This document shows positions 38,482 through 47,058 of a stretch of 64,000 nt of DNA, piece by piece. Each line of letters begins with the position of its first letter. Positions within the stretch are counted from its first letter, which is position 1. The notes under the pieces are model-generated. The model searched no databases. It saw only the letters and a program-made list of their open reading frames with translations, and was not told the origin of the DNA. The stretch lies in IMG/VR virus record IMGVR_UViG_3300025671_008697; one strand, 5' to 3'. Origin of the DNA: a virus (Duplodnaviria; Caudoviricetes). A program made the position numbers and the translations under genes.

Positions 38482-39600
38482 ATGAGCGTTTTTAAAGTTA
38501 ATGAAAAAAGTAATCTATCCCGTACCATGTTTTTTGATGGCGGAGTTGATATTGCACGTTATGACACTATCAAGTATCGTCAATTTGAAAAACTAACAGA
38601 CAAGCAGTTAGGTTTCTTTTGGCGTCCAGAAGAAGTTGATGTGCTACGTGATGCCAAAGACTTTAAAGAACTAACACCATTTGAACAACATATTTTTACC
38701 AGCAACTTAAAACGCCAGATCCTATTAGACAGTGTACAGGGACGCAGTCCTAACATGGCATTTTTGCCTGTAGTCAGTATTCCAGAATTAGAAACTTGGA
38801 TTCAGACTTGGGCATTCAACGAAACTATTCACAGCCGCAGTTACACTCACTTGATTCGTAACGTTTATAGTGATCCCAGCACAGTGTTTGATGAACTAAC
38901 CACAATTCCTGAAATTCTTGACTGTGCCAAAGACATCAGCAAATACTATGATGACTTTATTGACGCAGCCACGGCCTATGGTTACTTGGGTTTAGGCACA
39001 CACACTGTTAACGGCGAGTCTGTGGTTGTTGATATGTATGATCTTAAAAAGAAACTATGGTTGTGTTTAAACTCAGTTAATGCACTTGAGGGCATTCGTT
39101 TCTATGTAAGTTTTGCATGTTCGTGGGCTTTTGCAGAACTCAAGAAGATGGAAGGTAATGCTAAAATTATCAAACTGATCGCAAGAGACGAAAATATACA
39201 TTTAGGTTCAACGCAGACCCTTATAAAATTGTTACCACAAGACGATAGTGATTTTGCAAAAATCAAATCGGAAACTGTTGCGGAATGTGAACAAATGTTC
39301 TTGAGTGCTGCTGAACAAGAAAAACGTTGGGCAGAATACTTGTTTAAAGATGGATCAATGATTGGTTTGAATGCCAAACTACTCAGCGACTATGTTGACT
39401 GGTTGACCTGTAAGCGTATGACCGCTGTTGGTTTAAACTGCGGCATCAAGCCCGGCAGTAATCCTTTACCTTGGACTGCTAAATGGATTGCAGGTGCCGA
39501 AGTGCAAGTTGCCCCACAGGAAACAGAAATTTCCAGTTATGTTATTGGTGGAACAAAGCAGGACGTAGACACAGACACATTCAAAGGTTTTAGTCTTTAA
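38482..39600 (+). CDS. nrdB: Ribonucleotide reductase class Ia beta subunit
   Basis: FFWRPEE, LDSVQ, ETIHSRSY, EGIRFYVSF, RDENIH, APQETEISSY. Confidence 0.98.
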   Translation: MSVFKVNEKSNLSRTMFFDGGVDIARYDTIKYRQFEKLTDKQLGFFWRPEEVDVLRDAKDFKELTPFEQHIFTSNLKRQILLDSVQGRSPNMAFLPVVSIPELETWIQTWAFNETIHSRSYTHLIRNVYSDPSTVFDELTTIPEILDCAKDISKYYDDFIDAATAYGYLGLGTHTVNGESVVVDMYDLKKKLWLCLNSVNALEGIRFYVSFACSWAFAELKKMEGNAKIIKLIARDENIHLGSTQTLIKLLPQDDSDFAKIKSETVAECEQMFLSAAEQEKRWAEYLFKDGSMIGLNAKLLSDYVDWLTCKRMTAVGLNCGIKPGSNPLPWTAKWIAGAEVQVAPQETEISSYVIGGTKQDVDTDTFKGFSL

Positions 39601-39612
39601 GGCCTTAAATTC

Positions 39613-39648
39613 AAAAACAGAGCAGAAATATTACTGCTCTGTTTTTTT
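39613..39648. terminator. Rho-independent terminator (bidirectional geometry)
   Basis: AAAAACAGAGCAG-N8-CTGCTCTGTTTTTTT. Confidence 0.88.
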
Positions 39649-39677
39649 GTGGTATATAATACAATAAAGGAATAACG

Positions 39678-39926
39678 ATGCTGACAGTATATTCAAAAAA
39701 CAATTGTCCATTTTGCGTACAGGCAAAAAATCTATTAAAACTCAAAGGTATTGACTTCGAAGAAATTAATATTGAACAACAACCAGAAGCAAGAGAGTTT
39801 GTTGTAAGTGAAGGTCACAGAACTGTGCCTCAAATTTACAAAGATGGTGAGTTGTTTGTACAAGGCGGATTTCAAGGACTACAAAAACTTACAGAAGAAG
39901 AACTACGAACAAAGGCAGGTGTTTAA
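39678..39926 (+). CDS. Glutaredoxin
   Basis: CPFC, RTVPQI, GGF. Confidence 0.93.
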   Translation: MLTVYSKNNCPFCVQAKNLLKLKGIDFEEINIEQQPEAREFVVSEGHRTVPQIYKDGELFVQGGFQGLQKLTEEELRTKAGV

Positions 39927-40243
39927 TGTTAGTTAGTAATCAAACGCAGTACAGCAAAGGTGACTTGGTTAGTTTTAAATTAGCCAACGGTGACGAAATC
40001 GTGGCAGAAATTGTAGACAGTACAACGTTCGGATGGACTATTAAAAAGCCTTGCGTAGTAGTGCCCAGTCAGCAGGGCATTGGTTTAATGCAGGCATTGT
40101 TTACAGGCAAGGTAGATGCCAACATGGATCTCAGCAAAAACAGTGTGTTGCTACACGCAGAAACTGTAGCAGAACTGCACAGCCACTACTGGAAAACTAC
40201 CACAGGGTTTGAACTAGCACCTAAAGCCAGTATTGCCAAATAG
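39926..40243 (+). CDS. Hypothetical protein, Sm/SH3-like beta fold
   Basis: KGDLVSFKLANGDEIVAEI motif typical of T4-like phage small proteins. Confidence 0.6.
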   Translation: MLVSNQTQYSKGDLVSFKLANGDEIVAEIVDSTTFGWTIKKPCVVVPSQQGIGLMQALFTGKVDANMDLSKNSVLLHAETVAELHSHYWKTTTGFELAPKASIAK

Positions 40244-40282
40244 ACAGTTTTAAGAGCCATAAATACCGTATAAGGTTAATTT

Positions 40283-40681
40283 ATGCCAGGAATAGCAAGA
40301 GTTGGTGATACATATGGACCAGGAGGAGTACTTACTTCTCCCGTCAGTCCCAATGTCATTGTGAATGGTAGACCAGTTGCACTTAACGCAGTTGCCTACA
40401 CACCTCACCCGTGCTGCGGTAAAATTGGTTGTCCTCCAACACACTGTGGCGGCACAGTACCAGGAATGCAAGCATTGGGATTTCAAGTTTTTGTTAATGG
40501 AGTCCCGCCTGTGCTTAAAGGTGATAATGGCATATGTGGACATGCTGTACGTACTGCTAGTGGTGACGTAAAAGTTGGTACCGGCGACGGCTTTGCAGAA
40601 AATCCAGATTTTGGCACATTTGATACATTATTAGAGCCAGAACTGGCTTTTGATGGCATAACAAACTTTGATTTTGGATAA
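40283..40681 (+). CDS. PAAR-family spike tip protein
   Basis: IARVGD, VIVNGRPVA, H..C...H, VFVNG.P....GD...CGH. ATAAATA at 40258. Confidence 0.88.
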   Translation: MPGIARVGDTYGPGGVLTSPVSPNVIVNGRPVALNAVAYTPHPCCGKIGCPPTHCGGTVPGMQALGFQVFVNGVPPVLKGDNGICGHAVRTASGDVKVGTGDGFAENPDFGTFDTLLEPELAFDGITNFDFG

Positions 40682-40687
40682 TATAGT

Positions 40688-41626
40688 ATGGCAGAACCAA
40701 GTGCAGTATATCAAGGTAACACACCCTCATTAGAAAGCGGTGGACTTAATGCTCTACAGTTATCATTGGCCAACTTTATGGCTATTGGCAATCCTCCTCC
40801 GTTTGCAGTAAACGATGCTTTTATGCAGACAATGAAAACGTTTAGTGACTCGGGTGTATTGAGTCCATTTACACTAGATCCAGTAACGGGCCTGCCTAGA
40901 ATCCCAGACTTAAATTATAGCATTAGTGATGGCATCGCTTATGTTGCCCGAGGTGATGATATGTATTTGTTACGTCGAGCACAAGACTGCGGCCCAGACG
41001 AAAACAGATTAGAAGAGATTTATTTAGGACGTAGGCCTGATGTTGCTGAGGGTACTTGGGCGTTTTACGGGCAAGTTGTTGGCGGAACTGTTTCCAGTGG
41101 TGCAAACGATGGTTCGTGGGGCGGCGAGGCAACAGTTACAAACGTTGTTAGCCTGGGTTATGTTGACGTAAACGTGGCTGACTTCTCACTCGGGTTCAAT
41201 CCTTATTCTGATAGCTCGACGAGCGGTGGCAGTACAGGTAGTTTTGGCGCTACATCAGTAAACGGCGGCACAGATCCAAATGATCCTAAGTATGTCTGTA
41301 CTGCAATGTGTCGTACTTATGGCTTCGGTGAGTTTAGAACTAAGATATGGTTAGCATGGAGTCGTAAACATCTCAATGACTATCACCAAATTGGTTATCA
41401 TACTTTATTCCTCCCAATGGTAAACTATGCTTACTACTCTGGTACAGACAGCGTAGGTAAAAAAGCAGTTAGAGCCACATTAGAATTCTTGATGCGCCAC
41501 AGAACAGCAGACCTGCGTGCAAGACTCAGGGGCAATTCAGTAAAACGTGACACCATTGGCAGAATTTGGAACGCTATCTTCGAACCTTTAATTTATATTA
41601 CAGGTAAGATAAAAGGACGCAAGTAA
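40688..41626 (+). CDS. Virion-associated protein with G/S linker and C-terminal VCTA..YG domain
   Basis: Low-complexity linker, then YVCTAMCRTYGFG...YHQIGYH...EPL. Confidence 0.65.
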   Translation: MAEPSAVYQGNTPSLESGGLNALQLSLANFMAIGNPPPFAVNDAFMQTMKTFSDSGVLSPFTLDPVTGLPRIPDLNYSISDGIAYVARGDDMYLLRRAQDCGPDENRLEEIYLGRRPDVAEGTWAFYGQVVGGTVSSGANDGSWGGEATVTNVVSLGYVDVNVADFSLGFNPYSDSSTSGGSTGSFGATSVNGGTDPNDPKYVCTAMCRTYGFGEFRTKIWLAWSRKHLNDYHQIGYHTLFLPMVNYAYYSGTDSVGKKAVRATLEFLMRHRTADLRARLRGNSVKRDTIGRIWNAIFEPLIYITGKIKGRK

Positions 41627-44074
41627 ATGGCTGGGATTTTTAACATTAACTTAGCCCGTGATGGTGCTTACAACGTAAACGGCAATTACTACAGTAGAGA
41701 AAAGTTAATTTATCCTACGCCACGAAAGTTATGGTACAACTACAATGCTTTGGCCATACTGGCCTATATTACTGAAGCAGAATATGATTTAATCGTTGCA
41801 AACTTTCCTGGCTACGTTTATCCTCCACAACAAGTTGGTTATTCGAGAATAGAAAATTTTAATAATTTTCAAAAAGCAGATCAACCACAGCCAAACATCG
41901 ACACCGAACAGGGTGAAATTACTGTATTACAACAACAAACAGATTACTTATTGAATCGACAAAACCAAGGAATTGACTTCATCGGCCCGATACTGCCTAA
42001 TCCTCCTTTGTTTAGAAGGACACAGGATCCAGAAGTTAGCGGCGCTCCTTACTATTACATAGATAAAAATCCTGGTTCTCCCGTACACAAATTAGTTTAT
42101 ATTACCTACGAAGCACAACAATTCTTAATTCAAACAGACTATTACAATATCAATTTGGCAACCCTTAATTACTACGGTCCTTTTGGTATTCCTATGTATT
42201 ATGATGATGGCACGGACGGTGTAAACGGTCCACCAGGTAGTGGTATAACTGGCTCATCTCCAAGCGTTAGTGGCGAGTCATGCCCGCCTGGAAGTTTTAG
42301 CGTCAACGGTGGTTATTGTGCCCCAGGAGTATTTGACAGTTCCGGACAAGTAGTCACTGACGGTCAAGGAAACCCTGTCACAGTTGGAGGCGGCGGCTTT
42401 AGTTTCGCTGGAGGTGCTTCGGGTTACGACGCCGGCCAAAGACTAACTGGTTTTTCTGTGTTTTCTGGTAGCGGTGTATATGACGGTTCACTGAGTGCTC
42501 AAGGTAATATGGTTGCCATGCAGTTAAATGAAGGAAAATATCAGACTGAAGTACAAGGCAGATATCTTGTTGCTAAACCTTATCACCAAGGATATTTTAA
42601 AACTTATTATAGAGATCCTGCTGCTGATATTTTTGGTGCAAACACACAGATGCCTGCGCTAACAGGTGTCATGCCGGAAAAATACTCAGATGTGCCTGGC
42701 AATGCAGTATACTATACAGATCTGCAACTATATAGAATGAGTGGTAGCAACCAGTGGGATCAGTTTTATTTCATAAACACATTTGGTCAGATTGTAGGCT
42801 GGGTATTACAATGCAATAATTATCTTGAAGCACTTAAAAAAGCAGAAGATACTAATTTGGCTTACTACGGTGCAGACAGTTTTCAAGTCCTGACTACACA
42901 GGGATTTAGTAGGTACCAAACGGGAACTGCACTTGTTCAGGCATTTAGGAATTTGGGGACAATGGCCAGTCTGATAACAGCAAAAAACAGTGTTGGCCAA
43001 CCTTATTTTGGAACTGCAAATGCAGTTGCAGAAGTTCTAATAGATAATGGCCTTGGGTATATCAACAACCTAAGTACAAACATATATGCTGCAGGTGTAA
43101 ATTTCGATGACATAGGTAACACTCTTTATACCGACTTTATAACAGATCAGTTAAGGCAGATAACAAACGCCGCAGACCTACAGACTATTCAAGAAGTGCT
43201 GCAGAGTAACATTCCTAATATTGCCAACCCTCTTGATTATACAAGAATAGATAGGGCCAGCGGATTACCCAATGACAGTGAATTTACAGACTTTCAGGCA
43301 GTGGGCCAAGACTTTGTAAATCGTGCGCCAAATCTCACACTGACCAACGGCATAGATATTGCAAACTTGATTGATAAAATTCAAAGCGGTGTAACTCAAA
43401 GCGTAGAAGACTTGGCAGGAACTGACACATTGCTAACCCAGGCGCAAATTGATAGTTTAAGAAGTTTCTTACCATTTGGCGCAAATAACGAACCCATTAC
43501 AATGCTAAATGTTATTGGTATGTCAAGTGGCTATCAAAACGTGATTATGTCAGAAGTAAATGATGGCATTGCTCAATTGTTTGCAACAAGTTATGGACCA
43601 CAGATCAGAGATACTTTTACAGAAATCAGTAGATTGAGTGCAAGGCTACCATTAACCACTGCTGAATTTAGTCAAAGTGCGGCAACTTGGGATACACAAT
43701 TAGAAAACAAGAAAAACGATTACTATACTTTAATCAACACAATCATGGCAGATACTACAGGAAACATTCCTGCTATTGTAGATCAGATTAATTCAAATTG
43801 GGATAAGTTTACCAGTAACTTGTACTACGAGTTTAAAAATTATGCTAAAGCCAACATTACAGCCGGCAACTTTGGTGACAATCAAACTGTGTTTAGTTTT
43901 GTCCAAAGCATGCCAGGTTATGCAGCAGACCAAGCTAACATTGCTACAGACTACATGTTGTATGGGTTAACTCAGGACAATACGGGCGGTGAAGTAGCAA
44001 GAACAGTTTTGGATACTGGCAAAAACGACGACTTTTTACAGCAGGCTGGTGTAACCATAAACAGCACATTGTAA
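41627..44074 (+). CDS. Large putative virion/baseplate-associated protein
   Basis: 815 aa, N/T/Q-rich with a G/S-rich central linker, following the PAAR module. Confidence 0.6.
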   Translation: MAGIFNINLARDGAYNVNGNYYSREKLIYPTPRKLWYNYNALAILAYITEAEYDLIVANFPGYVYPPQQVGYSRIENFNNFQKADQPQPNIDTEQGEITVLQQQTDYLLNRQNQGIDFIGPILPNPPLFRRTQDPEVSGAPYYYIDKNPGSPVHKLVYITYEAQQFLIQTDYYNINLATLNYYGPFGIPMYYDDGTDGVNGPPGSGITGSSPSVSGESCPPGSFSVNGGYCAPGVFDSSGQVVTDGQGNPVTVGGGGFSFAGGASGYDAGQRLTGFSVFSGSGVYDGSLSAQGNMVAMQLNEGKYQTEVQGRYLVAKPYHQGYFKTYYRDPAADIFGANTQMPALTGVMPEKYSDVPGNAVYYTDLQLYRMSGSNQWDQFYFINTFGQIVGWVLQCNNYLEALKKAEDTNLAYYGADSFQVLTTQGFSRYQTGTALVQAFRNLGTMASLITAKNSVGQPYFGTANAVAEVLIDNGLGYINNLSTNIYAAGVNFDDIGNTLYTDFITDQLRQITNAADLQTIQEVLQSNIPNIANPLDYTRIDRASGLPNDSEFTDFQAVGQDFVNRAPNLTLTNGIDIANLIDKIQSGVTQSVEDLAGTDTLLTQAQIDSLRSFLPFGANNEPITMLNVIGMSSGYQNVIMSEVNDGIAQLFATSYGPQIRDTFTEISRLSARLPLTTAEFSQSAATWDTQLENKKNDYYTLINTIMADTTGNIPAIVDQINSNWDKFTSNLYYEFKNYAKANITAGNFGDNQTVFSFVQSMPGYAADQANIATDYMLYGLTQDNTGGEVARTVLDTGKNDDFLQQAGVTINSTL

Positions 44075-44208
44075 CAAAACTGCCAAAAAACTTGTAAAAA
44101 CCCAATAAATTCAATATAATACACGCAGTTTTTACAGTTCTGTATGTAGTTTATTGCTTTGAACACTCAAGGTATATAAGTTACTACTCAAAAAGAAGGA
44201 GTAAGAAT

Positions 44209-44799
44209 ATGACAACAAGAGCAACCGAAGTTGCCGGTTCAGCATTTTTTTATCTTTTCAAATTGGCAATGTTTACTGCATTGGCAATTGTGACTGGCAT
44301 AGTAATTGCTGACTATACACAAAAACAGTTCGACGAACACGGAGCAAGTCTATTAGCCAGCGCCGACTTTACACCCAGCCTGGCTGAAAAAGATAGACAG
44401 TTAAGATGTTTGGCACGCAACATTTATTTTGAAGGTGCCAACGAACCTGTGGAAGGCAAAATTGCCATTGCACAAGTAACCATGAATCGTGTGGCACATG
44501 AAAACTTCCCTAATGATGTTTGCAGTGTGGTGCATCAAAAATTCAAAGTGGCGGGAAAATATGTTTGTCAATTTAGTTGGGTCTGTGTGACCAAACACAA
44601 ACCAAAACACATAGACAATCCGCAGTATACAGAAAGCCTACAGATAGCCAAACGTGTGTTCTATGAAAACTATAGACTACCAGGACTGACTGAAGCACTC
44701 TACTACCATGCTACTTATGTGCGACCAAATTGGCGTAGGTGGAAAACTAAACTTACTAAAATTGGTTTACACATCTTTTACAAAGAACGTGAAGCATAA
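44209..44799 (+). CDS. SleB/Hydrolase_2 cell wall hydrolase with N-terminal TM
   Basis: CLARNIYFEG..E...G.IAIAQVTMNR, CQFSW, YYHATYV, IG.HIFY. Confidence 0.92.
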   Translation: MTTRATEVAGSAFFYLFKLAMFTALAIVTGIVIADYTQKQFDEHGASLLASADFTPSLAEKDRQLRCLARNIYFEGANEPVEGKIAIAQVTMNRVAHENFPNDVCSVVHQKFKVAGKYVCQFSWVCVTKHKPKHIDNPQYTESLQIAKRVFYENYRLPGLTEALYYHATYVRPNWRRWKTKLTKIGLHIFYKEREA

Positions 44800-45131
44800 T
44801 GTTTACTGAAGAGCAAAAACAACGGATCCAAGAATTTGTAAACAAAGTCGGTGCATGGCCCGTATGGTCTATGTTACGACATGCCATTGGAGAAAGTTTT
44901 GGCTGGGTTGCAATTTTAGTTTTACATAGTGCAACCATACCAAACTTGCTGGCTTACAAAGAAGGCTTAATCGAACAGCCCATGGACTTTGATGTTGTTG
45001 TGTTTATTTGGTCTTCTTTAGTACTAATGTTCATAAAAGGTTTGGTCAACCGAGAATGGTTAAATACAGTTACCATCGGTATAGGCTTTATTGTACAGGC
45101 TGTACTTTTAGGAATTTTAGTATTTAGGTAA
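44799..45131 (+). CDS. Small multi-pass membrane protein
   Basis: Three hydrophobic segments, coupled to the hydrolase gene. Confidence 0.7.
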   Translation: MFTEEQKQRIQEFVNKVGAWPVWSMLRHAIGESFGWVAILVLHSATIPNLLAYKEGLIEQPMDFDVVVFIWSSLVLMFIKGLVNREWLNTVTIGIGFIVQAVLLGILVFR

Positions 45132-45135
45132 CAAA

Positions 45136-45804
45136 GTGAACTATTTCGACTTACTGGACCGATTACATCAACTGTATTATAAATGCATAGGTCAGGAGTT
45201 GACTGCCAAACAGATTTGTTACAAACTAAACAGAAACATTCCCAGTAGAGACATTAGAGTATACGGCTTAGAAAGCATAGGCGTATTAGACAACAAGTTT
45301 GAAACATCAGGCTTATACGATCCTGAACTGGATCAAGACAGTAAACAGTGTATCCTAATTGAAATACAGTTTCCGGTTCGCAAACCCACTTTTTGTTTTG
45401 ATGAATCTGACTTGTCATTTGCTCACTGGCATGAACTGGCAGTGGACATTGCCAGCATCATAGGGCACGAGTTTGTACACATGGGTCAGTTCAGACGCAG
45501 ACATTTTAATGAAGGCAGACTTTATCGTAGTAGAGAAAAGAATCTATTCTTTAAAGAACACCAAGAATATTACGGCATGAATGATGAAATAGATGCCTAT
45601 GCTTTTACTGCGGCTGCAGGTATGGCATTGGAAAAATTTGTTTATCAAAAGAAAAATGTCAATATTAAAAAGACACCAACTTATCAAATATATAGACATT
45701 ATTTTCGTAAAGACACTAAAATAATAGACTTGTTGGTCAAAAAGAGTACGACATATTATCGTAAATTAGAAAGGCAATATCGTGACAAATACAATAAAAA
45801 ATAA
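45136..45804 (+). CDS. HExxH zinc metallopeptidase-like protein
   Basis: IGHEFVHMGQ with downstream EIDAYA. Confidence 0.6.
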   Translation: MNYFDLLDRLHQLYYKCIGQELTAKQICYKLNRNIPSRDIRVYGLESIGVLDNKFETSGLYDPELDQDSKQCILIEIQFPVRKPTFCFDESDLSFAHWHELAVDIASIIGHEFVHMGQFRRRHFNEGRLYRSREKNLFFKEHQEYYGMNDEIDAYAFTAAAGMALEKFVYQKKNVNIKKTPTYQIYRHYFRKDTKIIDLLVKKSTTYYRKLERQYRDKYNKK

Positions 45805-46006
45805 TTTAGACATTACTGAAGAAGATTTAGAAGAAATTAATGACACAATTGAGGGAAATGAATTTGTATTTGTTTTAGATGTTGAAGGTAATTTAAAAAC
45901 TGTAATTTTACCGGGCGAAGCAGATGAGAATGATTTACCCGAAAATGTAACTAAAGTATTACAGGTATTTGAATTAGACGATTTAAACCCACAAACTCTG
46001 CACTAA
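45782..46006 (+). CDS. Small acidic hypothetical protein
   Basis: 74-aa ORF. Confidence 0.65.
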   Translation: MTNTIKNNLDITEEDLEEINDTIEGNEFVFVLDVEGNLKTVILPGEADENDLPENVTKVLQVFELDDLNPQTLH

Positions 46007-46049
46007 TACTTAAGTAGTACTTGCTCAAAAATACCCAATTTAGTATAAT
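46004..46049 (+). promoter_or_regulatory. Early promoter module 3: operator + sigma70 promoter
   Basis: TAATAC-TTAA-GTAGTA, C, TTGCTC(46021)-N17-TATAAT(46044). Confidence 0.85.
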
Positions 46050-46055
46050 ATGGGT

Positions 46056-46370
46056 ATGATGAAAAGAAAGCGTCGGCAAGACACCAACCATTGCGTATAC
46101 GTTATTACCAATCGTGTTACTCTAGAGCAATACATTGGTATTACTGTGTGCGGGCAGAAACTAAGCCGGGCATTGAAAGTTCGGATGCAGAAGCACGTTC
46201 GTAGAGCACTTACTGAGGGCAAAGATTGGCCTTTATGCGAAAGTATTAGAACTTACGGCAGTAAAGCATTCGAGTACGGCATTGTGGACATTGTACGGGG
46301 TCGCAAACCCGCACACGGCTTGGAGCGTGAGTTAATACGTAAGTATGCACCTGCGCTGAATCAATACTAA
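46056..46370 (+). CDS. Stand-alone GIY-YIG nuclease domain (leaderless candidate)
   Basis: CVYVIT...EQYIG, R..KH, E(R)ELI, P.LN. ATG 46056 sits at the expected transcription start. Confidence 0.8.
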   Translation: MMKRKRRQDTNHCVYVITNRVTLEQYIGITVCGQKLSRALKVRMQKHVRRALTEGKDWPLCESIRTYGSKAFEYGIVDIVRGRKPAHGLERELIRKYAPALNQY

Positions 46371-46374
46371 AAAG

Positions 46375-46420
46375 TAATACTAAGGTAGTACTTGCTCGAA
46401 ATTCTGAATTTTGCTATAAT
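46375..46420 (+). promoter_or_regulatory. Early promoter module 4: operator + sigma70 promoter
   Basis: TAATAC-TAAG-GTAGTA, C, TTGCTC(46392)-N17-TATAAT(46415). Confidence 0.88.
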
Positions 46421-46452
46421 TATTCCATACAGTAACAAAACAGGAGTTGAAC

Positions 46453-46710
46453 ATGGAAAAAGCACTTTATCGTAGCCCGGTGTTTAGTAGCGGTGTTCCT
46501 TTCTTGGTTCCCGTTGAGGCACTTAGCACCTATGCCAAGCGCGATGAATGCTTGCTACAGATGCAGGCCCTAGGTGGCATTCATGCCGAACCCACTAAGG
46601 AGTTTTTGAAACTTCGCAGTAAGATGTTGGCCGCTCGCCGCAAAATTGAGCGTAACCGTTGGTGGGGCGAAGCTGCACCTGTGCATGGTTGGGAATCCGT
46701 AACCGTTTAA
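46453..46710 (+). CDS. Hypothetical early protein
   Basis: AGGAG SD, ATG 46453. Confidence 0.75.
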   Translation: MEKALYRSPVFSSGVPFLVPVEALSTYAKRDECLLQMQALGGIHAEPTKEFLKLRSKMLAARRKIERNRWWGEAAPVHGWESVTV

Positions 46711-46725
46711 CCTAAGGAGAAAAAA

Positions 46726-46890
46726 ATGGGACGAGTCAAAGGCATGTTGATTGACCTTGCCGAAGATGCTACCTACATCGAACCCGATGAGTGGGCCGCG
46801 GCTTTTGAGCATGTTGTGGACAACGACTACATTGATAGTCTTGCCGAAGAATATGAGAGTTACAACAACCAAGGTTCGGAATTTGATTAA
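46726..46890 (+). CDS. Small acidic early protein, 54 aa (absent from ORF track)
   Basis: MGRVKGMLIDLAEDATYIEPDEWAAAFEHVVDNDYIDSLAEEYESYNNQGSEFD, AAGGAG SD. Confidence 0.75.
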   Translation: MGRVKGMLIDLAEDATYIEPDEWAAAFEHVVDNDYIDSLAEEYESYNNQGSEFD

Positions 46891-46960
46891 CCGGGGGAAT
46901 CGGATGTCTGGAGCCTAGGGCTAGGACTTTTGTCACTGCTCATCCGATTTAATTTTTAAC

Positions 46961-46983
46961 AACCCGCTTCGGCGGGTTTTTTT
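46961..46983 (+). terminator. Rho-independent terminator with cUUCGg loop
   Basis: AACCCGC-TTCG-GCGGGTT followed by a T-tract. Confidence 0.92.
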
Positions 46984-47058
46984 ATTGGTAAAATAAAACT
47001 TGCTTTTTTAATACCTTAGAAATTAAAATAAGTAATATTTGCACTATAAAAATTATAA

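Noticed and set aside
36163-39600. Introns or inteins in nrdA/nrdB (also checked in the helicases)
   Set aside because: Lengths and motif spacing match uninterrupted proteins.
44069-44097. PHO box upstream of the SleB hydrolase
   Set aside because: TTGTAAC-AAAA-CTGCCAA fits the spacing, but the second half is weak and the gene has no phosphate link. Kept only as a caveat for the site at 56318.
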